DNA of 27,446 nt from Ectothiorhodospiraceae bacterium (GTDB lineage Bacteria > Pseudomonadota > Gammaproteobacteria > Nitrococcales > Nitrococcaceae), in assembly GCA_050117435.1 (NCBI GenBank), contig JASFMS010000001.1:1-27446 (forward strand). The letters run 5' to 3'. The notes beneath the pieces were generated by a model that saw only the letters and a list, made by a program, of their open reading frames with translations, had not been told where the DNA came from and searched no databases. Position numbers and translations under genes: made by a program. Below, piece by piece: positions 1-8,769 of the stretch (position 1 is its first letter; each line of letters starts with the position of its first letter).

Positions 1-142
1 GCTGGTAGCTCGCGTGGAGCTCTATCCGCGACTGCGCGAGCCAGCGGACCGTCGCCACAGCGATCACCACCAGCATGATCATTACGGCGAGCGCCTCGAC
101 CAGCAGAGCCGCGTACTCGATCAGCTCGGACACCAGCTCCAT
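1..142 (-). CDS. DUF1622-like small membrane protein, N-terminal part (runs off the window start)
   Basis: Not in the ORF track. ATG at 142 with AGGAAG SD about 8 nt upstream. Reads MELVSELIEYAALLVEALAVMIMLVVIAVATVRWLAQSRIELHASYQ, a hydrophobic helix resembling DUF1622 N-termini. Codon usage is GC3-rich. Confidence 0.65.
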   Translation of the reverse strand, partial: MELVSELIEYAALLVEALAVMIMLVVIAVATVRWLAQSRIELHASYQ

Positions 143-368
143 GGGCCGCCCTTCCTAAGTGCCGCATCAGGGGATCCGTATACGCCAGCCCGCTCCCCAC
201 CGGTCGCCAATCCACCACGGGGGCGAACGCGCCACCCTTGACCGCGGCCACCGGGAAAAGGCGGGGTCTGCAACACGCGCATCCGTCATACACCTCGGCC
301 CCGGACGGTGGATGGACCGCACCGCGGACGGCCTGGTCTCATCCGCCGCCGGGAAAGACAGCCTGGGG

Positions 369-1859
369 TCAGTGGTTGGCACCGCCACTGGCGTCCTTGA
401 GGTGATCGAGGACCCCGTCCAGGTTGAACGATGCCGGTTTCTGGCGCGGCGGAAACTGCCGGAACGACTCGATCTGGTCCGCCACAAGCCCCTGCATGCC
501 GTATATCAGATAAGCGTGGGAGATCAGCCAGTCCCAGTAGGTGTTCGAGTTCTCGTCCGCGCGTTCGAAGGGGTCGCGGCGCAGATTGAACATCTTGGGC
601 AGGCGCAGCGGTACGAAGGGCTCCGCCCAGCACTGCATCGTTTTCGCCCGCTGCTCCATCAGCACGACCTTCCAGTCGTTGTGGCGGATCGCGAGAATGT
701 CGCCGTCGTCGCTTATGTAGAAGAACGACTGGCGCGGGCTCTCGCTCGTCTCGCCGCTGAAATACGGCAGCATGTTGAAGCCGTCGATATGGACTTTGAA
801 GGTCTTGTCACCAGCCTTGTGGCCGGCCAGCAGCTTCTCGGTGATATCCGTTTCACCGGCTGCCGCCAGCAACGTCGGCAGCCAGTCCTGATGCGAAACG
901 ATCCCGTTCAGGACGGTTCCGTCAGGGAAGTGGCCCGGCCAGCGAACGAATGCCGGAACGCGCCAGCCGCCTTCCCAGTTGGTGTTCTTCTCGGCCCGGA
1001 ACGGCGTGATGCCCGCATCCGGCCAGCTGTTGTAATGCGGGCCGTTGTCCGTGGAGTACATGACGATGGTGTCGTCGGTGATGCCCAGCTCGTCGAGCTT
1101 GTCCAGCATCTGGCCGATATGCTCGTCGTGGGCGACCATCATGTCGTTGTAGAAGCCCTGCCCGCTCTTGCCGGCATGCTTGTCCGGGCAATGGGTGCGG
1201 AAATGCATTCCCGTCGTGTTGTACCAGAGGAAGAACGGCTGGCCGGAATTGTGTGCCTGCTCGATGAACCGCAGCGCCTTCTCCGTCACCTCGTCGTCGA
1301 TCGTCTCCATCCGCTTGCGGGTGAGAGGGCCGGTATCTTCCACGGTCTGCCCGCCGTTGCCGTCGGCACGGCAGTGCAGCACGCCGCGGGGGCCATAGCG
1401 CTTCTTGAATTCGGGGTCCTTCGGGTAATCCGGGTCTTCCGGCTCTTCTTCGGCGTTCAGGTGATAGAGATTGCCGAAGAACTCGTCGAAGCCGTGCATG
1501 GTCGGCAGGAACTCGTCCTTGTCGCCCAGGTGGTTCTTGCCGAACTGGCCGGTGGCATACCCGTGGGGCTTCAGCAGCTCCGCGATGGTCGGGTCCTGGT
1601 CGGGCATGCCGATGTCGGCGCCGGGAACGCCGACCTTGGTCAGGCCGGTTCGCACGGGATTCTGACCGGTGATGAAGGCGGCACGGCCTGCCGTGCAGCT
1701 CTGCTGGGCGTAGTAGTCGGTGAACGCGACGCCCTCGTTCGCCACCCGATCGATATTCGGGGTCCGGTAGCCCATCTGGCCGCGATTGTTATAGCTGATA
1801 TTCCACCAGCCGATATCGTCGCCCCAGAGAATCAGAATGTTGGGTTTCCTGTCGGCCAT
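369..1859 (-). CDS. Arylsulfatase / sulfatase family S1 (Cys-type, formylglycine-dependent), no signal peptide
   Basis: KPNILILWGDDIG N-terminal metal motif; SCTAGRAAFITG (CxAxR formylglycine signature, Cys55); GKNHLG; STDNG; GGWRVP. GGAGAG SD upstream. Confidence 0.95.
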   Translation of the reverse strand: MADRKPNILILWGDDIGWWNISYNNRGQMGYRTPNIDRVANEGVAFTDYYAQQSCTAGRAAFITGQNPVRTGLTKVGVPGADIGMPDQDPTIAELLKPHGYATGQFGKNHLGDKDEFLPTMHGFDEFFGNLYHLNAEEEPEDPDYPKDPEFKKRYGPRGVLHCRADGNGGQTVEDTGPLTRKRMETIDDEVTEKALRFIEQAHNSGQPFFLWYNTTGMHFRTHCPDKHAGKSGQGFYNDMMVAHDEHIGQMLDKLDELGITDDTIVMYSTDNGPHYNSWPDAGITPFRAEKNTNWEGGWRVPAFVRWPGHFPDGTVLNGIVSHQDWLPTLLAAAGETDITEKLLAGHKAGDKTFKVHIDGFNMLPYFSGETSESPRQSFFYISDDGDILAIRHNDWKVVLMEQRAKTMQCWAEPFVPLRLPKMFNLRRDPFERADENSNTYWDWLISHAYLIYGMQGLVADQIESFRQFPPRQKPASFNLDGVLDHLKDASGGANH

Positions 1860-2023
1860 TGGGTCTCTCCGTGATCGTTGCCAACGTTTGCACTTAGCCG
1901 TTCGTACCTTGGCTTACCGTTGCCGCTCGTCCCGTCCGCCCCCCGAGTACCGGCCATCCTTTTCGCCTTCGCAGCATCGCGGTCGGACCATTTCGCAGCG
2001 GCGTTCAACCGGCAATATCCGCG

Positions 2024-2069
2024 AGCTTAGGCCCCGGTCACGGCGAGGGAAATTGGACCTTGGTCCCAT
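2024..2069 (-). promoter_or_regulatory. Palindromic operator site 1 (2052-2069) plus -10-like TAAGCT (2029-2024), upstream of the sulfatase
   Basis: ATTGGAC-CTTG-GTCCCAT. Hexamer lies 22 bp away on the minus strand, the same spacing as at the other sites. Confidence 0.75.
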
Positions 2070-2168
2070 TGTCCGGGTGTGACGAACCGACGGCGGATGA
2101 TGCGGGGCGGGCGAATACGCAACCGGGAAGGACGGGCAGATCATCTGTTTTGCCGCCGGGCGCCGCTC

Positions 2169-2204
2169 AAAAAAAATCGGCCGCAGCAATATCTGCTGCG
2201 GCCG
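2169..2204 (-). terminator. Rho-independent terminator of the 2247-2858 gene
   Basis: Perfect 11-bp stem CGGCCGCAGCA/TGCTGCGGCCG (2178-2204) with a 5-nt loop. The A8 run at 2169-2176 reads as a U8 tail on the minus strand. Confidence 0.9.
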
Positions 2205-2246
2205 TAGCCTGCGCCGGTCAGCCGGCAGTAGATCCGGCATGCCCCA

Positions 2247-2858
2247 TCAGCGCCAGATCTTGTTTTCCCTCTTGGTACGCGTCACGTTCACGGCCAGCGC
2301 CTGCTCGATGGCCGCTACCACCTGGTCGCCTTCCTTGACCTGACCGAGATCCACGTCGGGACCGGCGGCCAGTGTGACGGTCCGGTTCGGCCCCTTGAGC
2401 GTGACCATGCGGGTCTCGGGATCGAGCTTCTCAACCACGGCGACGACGGTCGTGTAACGCGTCATCTTGCCGCCCGCGACCTGATCGCCCTTGCCGGCCT
2501 GCTCCGTGAACTTGGAGAACTCCGCCCGTGACGTACCGGTCCCCTCGCGCACGGGGCTCAGGGCCACGGTGAGGCCAATCGTGTACTCCATGGATACTTC
2601 ATCACCCACCTGGAGCTCGTCGAAGTTCTTGGCCTCTTCCGATACCGCGAGGGTGAAGACGTTCCCACTGCTCTCCTTGATCGCGACCTCCCGGGTACCG
2701 CGATCAATTTCCTGGATTACGCCGGTTATGGTGCTTGTCTGCGTCTTGCTGACGATCGGCTGGTCCTCCGCGGCATTGACCACGGCCGGAATCCAGACCA
2801 CCGCCGCCAACCCGAGCACAAGGGCCGTGTAGACGCGCGCCAACGGATGCCTCTTCAT
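2247..2858 (-). CDS. Secreted/periplasmic protein with two internal OB-fold-like beta repeats, function unknown
   Basis: Signal peptide ending VVNA-A. Two similar units: TGVIQEIDRGTREVAIK...LQVGDEV and VAVVEKLDPETRMVTLK...VKEGDQV. Has an SD, its own promoter and a terminator. Confidence 0.8.
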   Translation of the reverse strand: MKRHPLARVYTALVLGLAAVVWIPAVVNAAEDQPIVSKTQTSTITGVIQEIDRGTREVAIKESSGNVFTLAVSEEAKNFDELQVGDEVSMEYTIGLTVALSPVREGTGTSRAEFSKFTEQAGKGDQVAGGKMTRYTTVVAVVEKLDPETRMVTLKGPNRTVTLAAGPDVDLGQVKEGDQVVAAIEQALAVNVTRTKRENKIWR

Positions 2859-2893
2859 GCCTGCCTACCTCTCTCTGGGGTTCACCAGTGAAA

Positions 2894-2939
2894 AAGGTAT
2901 GCCGCTGGGGCGAGCAGCGAAATTGGACTTTGGTCCCAT
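2894..2939 (-). promoter_or_regulatory. Palindromic operator site 2 (2922-2939) plus -10-like TACCTT (2899-2894)
   Basis: ATTGGAC-TTTG-GTCCCAT with a 22-bp spacer to the hexamer. ATG at 2858. Confidence 0.75.
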
Positions 2940-2979
2940 AGCAGGCCGAAAACGGAGGGCGATCCGGTACCGTTGTCGA

Positions 2980-3363
2980 CTATCTCGCCCCGGTAACCCA
3001 GGCGATTGCGTCGAGCAGGGCCCGGTCGTCCACCGGCTTGCCGAGGAAGAGCGTGGCGCCGACGCGGCGCGCAACCACCCGGCTCTCCTTGTCGTCGCTT
3101 GCGGAAACGGCAATCACCGGCATCCGCACGCCCACATCCTGCATCCGTTTCATGAGCTCGAGGCCATTGACATGGGGCATGGTAATGTCGAGCAGAACGC
3201 ATCCGGGGGCGGACGACAATCGCGCGCACCGCAGAAATGCCTCTGCGCTGGCAAAACCCATGGCTTCGTATCCTGCAGCGCGAAGCAGTCGCGTGAGACT
3301 GCGACGCACCGATTCGTCGTCGTCGACCACGAATACCTGTACAGGGGCATCAACAGGGTTCAT
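2980..3363 (-). CDS. Stand-alone receiver-domain response regulator (FixJ-like receiver)
   Basis: VFVVDDD, CVLLDITMP (phosphoacceptor Asp), VSAS, LGKP; no output domain. Start placed at the ATG at 3363 because the predicted promoter at 3435-3390 lies inside the longer ORF call. Confidence 0.88.
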   Translation of the reverse strand: MNPVDAPVQVFVVDDDESVRRSLTRLLRAAGYEAMGFASAEAFLRCARLSSAPGCVLLDITMPHVNGLELMKRMQDVGVRMPVIAVSASDDKESRVVARRVGATLFLGKPVDDRALLDAIAWVTGAR

Positions 3364-3389
3364 CGGGCTATCCCGGCCGCAATCCATTG

Positions 3390-3435
3390 AGCGTAACCGT
3401 GGCCGGGAGGTAGGGGTATTGGACCTTCGTCCGAT
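3390..3435 (-). promoter_or_regulatory. Palindromic operator site 3 (3418-3435) plus -10-like TACGCT (3395-3390)
   Basis: ATTGGAC-CTTC-GTCCGAT with a 22-bp spacer to the hexamer. Confidence 0.7.
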
Positions 3436-3484
3436 GGGCAGCGGGGATTTCTGTTGCGGATGACCGATGATCCGCCAACAGCGT

Positions 3485-3519
3485 GAGGGAGAAGGCACCA
3501 TGCCGGTCCCTCCTCCCTC
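3485..3519. terminator. Purine/pyrimidine-asymmetric hairpin downstream of the YfaZ-like gene (terminator or REP-like)
   Basis: GAGGGAG-A-AGG pairs with CCT-C-CTCCCTC, plus inner ACC/GGT. No clear U-tract. Confidence 0.5.
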
Positions 3520-3532
3520 CCATGAGCCCTCT

Positions 3533-4099
3533 CTAGAAGAGGAAGCGCGCCCCCACGTAGAGACTCTTCACGATGTCGTCCTCGCCTGCGTTCCGATCGA
3601 TATTGAGGCGGCGGTAGCCCACATACCCGTACATCCGCTCTGTCAGGCCGATCTCACCGCGAACGACATTCACGTCGATGATGCGCTGGCCGGCGCCGGA
3701 GGTGATCACAGCGGGGGCATAGAAGATCCCGGTACCCAGATACAGTGGGATTGCATCCAGCGGCAGGCGGATACGCGCGCCGGCGCCGAACGCCAGTCCC
3801 ACCACGTCATCGTCCGGCTCTGTGAGGCCGGCGAAGTAGATTCGCCCGCCGACATTGAGCTGCACCTCGCGTATCTGATCCAGCACGTCCGTCTGGTACG
3901 TGCCGTGGGCAATAATGTTGTTGCTCTCGTTCACCAGCGCGCCGAATCGCAACTGGTCTCCCGGCTGGCCCACCGCCGCGGCGTCACGGGTGTACATGAT
4001 CTCGCCGTAATCGTTGGCGAACGACGCCTCCAGCTCGTCGGCGGATGCGACTTGGGTGAGGGCGAAAAGAAACGGAATAGCCCAGAGGAATTTCTGCAT
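3533..4099 (-). CDS. YfaZ-family outer-membrane beta-barrel protein
   Basis: Signal peptide (MQKFLWAIPFLFALTQVASA), alternating amphipathic strands, FYAPAVITSG and YVGYRRL segments, C-terminal YVGARFLF ending in Phe (BAM signal). GGGAG SD before the ATG at 4099. Confidence 0.75.
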   Translation of the reverse strand: MQKFLWAIPFLFALTQVASADELEASFANDYGEIMYTRDAAAVGQPGDQLRFGALVNESNNIIAHGTYQTDVLDQIREVQLNVGGRIYFAGLTEPDDDVVGLAFGAGARIRLPLDAIPLYLGTGIFYAPAVITSGAGQRIIDVNVVRGEIGLTERMYGYVGYRRLNIDRNAGEDDIVKSLYVGARFLF

Positions 4100-4362
4100 T
4101 TTGCTGCTCCCTAGCAATTACCGACACGCACGAAGAATGTTCGGATTGTCCGTATGACCACCCGGCCCTGAAGACAGGCTCCGCCAGGTTTCCCACAACC
4201 CGCCGTCACTCGGCCGTCGGCCGGCCCACCCCGGTCGGATGGCGGGAATTATCGACGGCGTTCGGGTTGTGGTACCGACTTCGCACGACTCCAGCAACCA
4301 TTCGCGGCAAGTATAGACAGTGCACGCTAGCTGCACGTCAAACGATGCAAACGTGCTGCCGT

Positions 4363-5016
4363 TCACCGGCGTAGCCGAGGCTCGACACCGGCAAAGGCGC
4401 AATGGTGGATCAGCTCAGCCGCCGAACGCACCGCCATCTTCGTCATGATACGGCCCCGGTGGACTTTCACGGTCTTCTCGGCTATCCCCAGTTCCGCGGC
4501 AATCTGTTTGTTCAGATAACCGCCGATGACGAACTCCATGACTTCCCGTTCCCGCACCGAGAGGCTCTCGATGCGCCGGCGCGTCTCCTTCTCCCGCTGC
4601 TGGCGCCGCGCCCGTTCGGACGACTCGTGCAGCGCGGTTTCCAGAGCGCGCAGCAATACGGCTTCGTCCACCGGCTTCTGCAGGAAATCCGAGGCGCCCG
4701 CTTTCAGGGCCCGGACGCTCTCTGGCACCTCTCCATGTCCGGTGAGAAAGACGGTCGTGAGTTCCGGACACCGTTCGGCCAGTCTTTCCTGCAGCACGAG
4801 TCCGCTACAACCGGGCAACTGGAGATCGATGAGGACACAACCGAAGGCGCCCGAATCAAGGTGCGCCAGGATCTCCTGCGCGCTCGGGTAGCTCGCCACC
4901 TGATAACCGGCGGTGCCGAGAAGGCGGGACAGACCTTTGCGTATGGTCGGATCATCGTCCACCACGAATACTGTAGGTTCGGGCTGAACGTCCGCTTTGT
5001 GAATCGTCGCATTCAT
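4363..5016 (-). CDS. FixJ/NodW-type response regulator (REC + LuxR-type HTH)
   Basis: VFVVDDD, CVLIDLQLPG, FLTGHG, FLQKP; HTH LSVREREV...LNKQIAAELGIAEKTVKVHRGRIMTKM. AGAGG SD before the ATG at 5016. Confidence 0.93.
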   Translation of the reverse strand: MNATIHKADVQPEPTVFVVDDDPTIRKGLSRLLGTAGYQVASYPSAQEILAHLDSGAFGCVLIDLQLPGCSGLVLQERLAERCPELTTVFLTGHGEVPESVRALKAGASDFLQKPVDEAVLLRALETALHESSERARRQQREKETRRRIESLSVREREVMEFVIGGYLNKQIAAELGIAEKTVKVHRGRIMTKMAVRSAAELIHHCAFAGVEPRLRR

Positions 5017-6805
5017 CCTCTGTACTCTCCCTGCTACAGGGCAGTGCAACGAAGAACGTCACCCCGGGTTCAGAGTCGTTGCGTTCGGCCCAGATGCGCC
5101 CGCCATGTTCTTCGACAATTGAGCGGCAAATCGCAAGGCCGATACCCATTCCCTCGGACTTGGTGGTATAGAAAGGCTTGAACAGTGACGCGAGGTCCGA
5201 ATCGCGCACGCCACTGCCGCTGTCGCGCACCGAAATCTGCACGGTTTTCCGATCACGGCAGGCAACGCTTATGCGTATCCGACCGTGCACGTCCATGGCC
5301 TGCTCCATGGCCTCCATCGAATTCACCAGCAGGTTCAGCACCACCTGTTGGATCTGCGCCACGTTCACGACGGCATAACAGCCCGTTTCGATGTCGCGTT
5401 GGCACTCGATTCCCCGGGTGACGAATTCGCTGCGCATCATCTTCAATACATCGGCAACGCATTGCCCGACGTCGGTCCGCTCACGCTCCGATTCCCTGCG
5501 ATGAAGCATTCCCCGCAGTCCGCTGATGACGGCGCCCGCCCGTTTGTCATCACGCGCAATGTCTTCAAGGATTTCGCGGATTTCGCCGAGGTCCGGTGGA
5601 TCCCGGTCGAGCAGTCGAACGCCGGCCTGAGCGTTGCTGAGGATGGCGGCCAGCGGCTGCATCAGTTCGTGGGCAATCGACGTGCTTATGGTATTCGTGC
5701 GGGTCACCCGCTCCGCGTGCCACAACTGCCGGCGCAGGTCCCTGGCCTCACTTTCCGCGGCGAGCCTGGCAGTGATGTCGGTGGTCACCTGACCCAATGC
5801 CCAGATGGTGCCGTCGGTGTCGACGATCGGGAAACGCAGGGAACTCCATACCCTGTCGCCACCGTCGAAGACGTCCTCGGTCTCCACTGCTTCCCCGGTC
5901 TGGACCACGCGCTGATCGCTGCGCTGTATCGTATCGGCTTCTTCCGGAAACAGCTCCCGGTCGGTCTTTCCGAGCACATCGGCGAGGGACATAGAGTAGT
6001 GATTCTCGAACCACCTATTCACGAACAGGTACCGTCCGTGCCGATCCTTCAGTGATACGAGACCCGGGACATTATCCATTACCGCCTTCATCCGTTTGCG
6101 GCTCTCTCGCCGATCCCGTGCCAACGCTCTGCTCATCAGCACTACCAGGGGCAACAGACCCAGTTCGGATGCCGACACCAGATTCACGTCAGCGAACTCG
6201 ACCATTGCCTCCAACGCCACAGCCCCGCCGAATAGTGCCATGGCAACCCCGATCTCGACGGCGTCCCTTTTTGTCCCCCGGCGATACTGGTGGACAACGG
6301 TGTAAGCAGCGTAGACGAAAACAAGAGCGAGGCCCCACCAGGCAAGCGCAAACCAGGGGCTCATCGCCGTGTTTCCGAAGTCGAGAATGCGTTCTCCCCA
6401 GGGAAGCACCCGGTAGCTCACTGCGGGCGGGTGGACGAAGCGGATACCGTAGGGCAGCAGCAGGTCTGCAAGGAGCAGCAGCGCGAACAGCCCACTCAGC
6501 AGCGTGGGGGTAATGCGGGATCGCAAACCCGCATACGCACGCAGGAACCACGGCAGGAGCATGAGCGTGACCATGGCGAACGACAGGTCCAGGCGGTGCA
6601 ACGCCACCAACTCCCCCGGCGTTTCGGCCTGAAACGTGTAGGACTTTGCCACCACATACAGACCGGTCGCCAGGCAAAGAGCCGCGAACAAGGCGAACCG
6701 CCAGTCCGTCGGCCGTTTCAGCGCCAGGACGCCGTGGTGGACGCATGCATACAGGCAGACGCCCGCCATGACCTGAAGACCTGTCAGGAAATACCCGCTT
6801 TCCAA
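4952..6805 (-). CDS. Membrane sensor histidine kinase (multi-TM N-terminus, PAS, HisKA, HATPase; FixL/NodV-like kinase core)
   Basis: About 6-7 hydrophobic helices; PAS VSLKDRHGRYLFVNR; H-box SIAHELMQPL; N-box QQVVLNLLVNSMEAM; G1 VRDSGSG; F FKPFYTTK; G2 GMGIGLAICRSIVEEHGG. TTG start uncertain (alternative ATG at 6769). Confidence 0.92.
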   Translation of the reverse strand: MESGYFLTGLQVMAGVCLYACVHHGVLALKRPTDWRFALFAALCLATGLYVVAKSYTFQAETPGELVALHRLDLSFAMVTLMLLPWFLRAYAGLRSRITPTLLSGLFALLLLADLLLPYGIRFVHPPAVSYRVLPWGERILDFGNTAMSPWFALAWWGLALVFVYAAYTVVHQYRRGTKRDAVEIGVAMALFGGAVALEAMVEFADVNLVSASELGLLPLVVLMSRALARDRRESRKRMKAVMDNVPGLVSLKDRHGRYLFVNRWFENHYSMSLADVLGKTDRELFPEEADTIQRSDQRVVQTGEAVETEDVFDGGDRVWSSLRFPIVDTDGTIWALGQVTTDITARLAAESEARDLRRQLWHAERVTRTNTISTSIAHELMQPLAAILSNAQAGVRLLDRDPPDLGEIREILEDIARDDKRAGAVISGLRGMLHRRESERERTDVGQCVADVLKMMRSEFVTRGIECQRDIETGCYAVVNVAQIQQVVLNLLVNSMEAMEQAMDVHGRIRISVACRDRKTVQISVRDSGSGVRDSDLASLFKPFYTTKSEGMGIGLAICRSIVEEHGGRIWAERNDSEPGVTFFVALPCSRESTEDECDDSQSGRSARTYSIRGGR

Positions 6806-6968
6806 GTGCGCCTGTCCCTATGGCTGCCTTACTCGGAATACAGAAACGAAAAGTCTGACAAATATAGTACAAAACCGAGATTGGCCACGCGGCCTCCCGG
6901 CCGGATACAGGTAACGCACCGCCCGATAGGACTCGCGTAACCGGTTGCCACGCTCCGAAACGATTCCG

Positions 6969-6995
6969 TTGCACCGGCCCCTGTAAGCATATAAT
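6969..6995 (+). promoter_or_regulatory. Possible sigma70 promoter for the MscS gene
   Basis: TTGCAC (6969-6974) and a perfect TATAAT (6990-6995). The spacer is 15 bp, which is short. Confidence 0.35.
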
Positions 6996-7089
6996 CCAAA
7001 CAGGAAGCCGGCGCCGCCGGGAATCATCCCGACACCCGGACTTTTCAAAACAGGGATTGGTATCCGTATCACGCCAGGGAACTAGCGGC

Positions 7090-8748
7090 ATGAACCACAG
7101 CAGGTCAGTCCGGCCCCCGCCATCGCAGTTTGTCGTCTGGGCACTGGCGCTCCTGCTTTCCCTCTGCGCGCCTGGGACGACGGTTGCCGCCGACGACGCG
7201 AAACCCGACGTCGCCCCCGCCAGATCGCCAAGCACAGCGCCCGTGATCATCGACGGTACCACTCTGTTTCGAGTGCGCGGCGTTACCGCGTACCCTGCGG
7301 CCGCGCGCGCCAGGGCCATTGAAGAACGAATCCGCACTGTCGCGGCAGACCCTGACATCGATACCTCGGCGATCAGGGTGACTGAGTCGGCGGAAGGTTT
7401 ACGCGTAGAGGCCGGCAGCCAGGCCCTATTGCTCGTTGTCGACGCCGATGCCGCCCTGGAACAGGTGGACCGAAAGACGCTGGCGGCAGTGTATGCGGGG
7501 CGCATCGGGGCGGCCATTGCCTCCTATCGCCGGGAGCGCACAACCGAGTATCTCCTGAGAGCCGGCTTCTCTGCGGTGGCCGCGACGCTGGCGTTGGCAG
7601 CCTTCCTATGGCTCGGCAGTCGCGGGCTCCGCCGCCTTGACGCCGCGCTCGACACACGCCTGAAAGTGAAGCTGAGGGGCGTCGAGAAACAGGCCTTCCG
7701 CGTTATCACCGCCTCGGATATGTGGAGGGCTCTCCACGGTGCCCGCCGGCTTCTCTGGTCGCTGGTAATTTTCGTCGCGGTGGTCCTCTGCCTGTATTTC
7801 GTGCTGCAGCAGTTCCCCTGGACACGTCTGGTCGCCTACCGCCTTATCGAGCTCCTGTTGAATCCCGTCCATACCATGGGTCGACAACTGTTGGCCGTGG
7901 CGCCGGATCTCGTCTTTCTGGCCCTGATCTTCGTCGTGACCCGCTTTGCCCTGAAAACCATTCGCGTATTCTTCGCGGGAATGGCCCGGGGCGTGATCAC
8001 GCTCGGCTCTTTCGAACAGGAGTGGGCCTGGCCGACCTATCGCCTGCTACGCGTACTCGTGATCATTTTTGCGCTGGTGCTGGCCTACCCGTATATCCCC
8101 GGCTCGCAGACCGAAGCCTTCAAGGGCATTTCCATCCTTTTGGGCATCATCGTCTCTATTGGCTCCACGTCTTTCATCAGCAACGTGATCGCCGGCTACT
8201 CACTGATCTACCGCCGGGCCTTCCGCATCGGTGACCGCGTGCGGATCGAGGGATACGTGGGTGATGTCGTGGAATCACGGCTGCTGGTCACGCATCTGCG
8301 CACCCCCAAGAACGAGGAAGTCGTAATCCCCAACTCACTGATTCTCACCAGCAATGTTGTGAACTACAGCGCCACCGCCCGCGAAGGGCGTCTGATACTG
8401 CATACGACGGTGGGGATCGGTTACGAGACGCCCTGGCGGCAGGTCGAGGCCATGCTCCTGCAGGCCGCCTCGCGCACGAGTGGTGCGGTGACCGAGCCAC
8501 GGCCGTTCGTGCTGCAGCAGAAGCTCGGTGACTTCTGTGTCGTGTACGAACTGAATGTCTGCTGTGACAACGCCCACGCCATGGACCGTCTCTACAACCA
8601 CCTGCACCAGAACATACTGGACGTGTTCAACGAATACGGCGTGCAGATCATGACGCCCGCCTACGAGGCGGACCCCGAGCAACCCAAGATCGTGCCCGGT
8701 GACCAGTGGTATGCGCCGCCGGCAAAACCGTCGACGCCGGCGGAGTGA
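7090..8748 (+). CDS. MscS-family mechanosensitive channel with an N-terminal exported domain
   Basis: Signal-like N-terminus (ending TTVA-A), several TM helices, ISNVIAGYSLIYRRAFRIGDRVRIEGYVGDV, TPKNEEVVIPNS, VGIGYETPWRQVE. Start placed at the ATG at 7090. Confidence 0.9.
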   Translation: MNHSRSVRPPPSQFVVWALALLLSLCAPGTTVAADDAKPDVAPARSPSTAPVIIDGTTLFRVRGVTAYPAAARARAIEERIRTVAADPDIDTSAIRVTESAEGLRVEAGSQALLLVVDADAALEQVDRKTLAAVYAGRIGAAIASYRRERTTEYLLRAGFSAVAATLALAAFLWLGSRGLRRLDAALDTRLKVKLRGVEKQAFRVITASDMWRALHGARRLLWSLVIFVAVVLCLYFVLQQFPWTRLVAYRLIELLLNPVHTMGRQLLAVAPDLVFLALIFVVTRFALKTIRVFFAGMARGVITLGSFEQEWAWPTYRLLRVLVIIFALVLAYPYIPGSQTEAFKGISILLGIIVSIGSTSFISNVIAGYSLIYRRAFRIGDRVRIEGYVGDVVESRLLVTHLRTPKNEEVVIPNSLILTSNVVNYSATAREGRLILHTTVGIGYETPWRQVEAMLLQAASRTSGAVTEPRPFVLQQKLGDFCVVYELNVCCDNAHAMDRLYNHLHQNILDVFNEYGVQIMTPAYEADPEQPKIVPGDQWYAPPAKPSTPAE

Positions 8749-8769
8749 CCCGCTCCCCCACGCCGCCGG

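Noticed and set aside
159-1874. 571-aa plus-strand ORF
   Set aside because: Antisense shadow of the sulfatase. No recognisable motifs, and long stop-free antisense frames are expected in GC-rich coding DNA.
1914-1991. 25-codon uORF in the predicted sulfatase leader
   Set aside because: No SD, no regulatory codon run and no attenuator structure seen.
3509-3517. CCTCCTCCC, identical to the cuckoo/CcsR sRNA loop motif
   Set aside because: Single copy, located in a stem rather than a loop, and not near the DUF1127 gene.
4310-4341. TTGACG...TATACT on the minus strand upstream of the YfaZ-like gene
   Set aside because: The spacer is 20 bp, too long for a standard sigma70 promoter, and no operator sits at the 22-bp offset.
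6926-6943. Half-matches to the operator (ATAGGAC at 6926; GTCCGTA at 4148; TTCGGAC near 14680)
   Set aside because: Only one arm matches and there is no TANNNT hexamer at the 22-bp offset.
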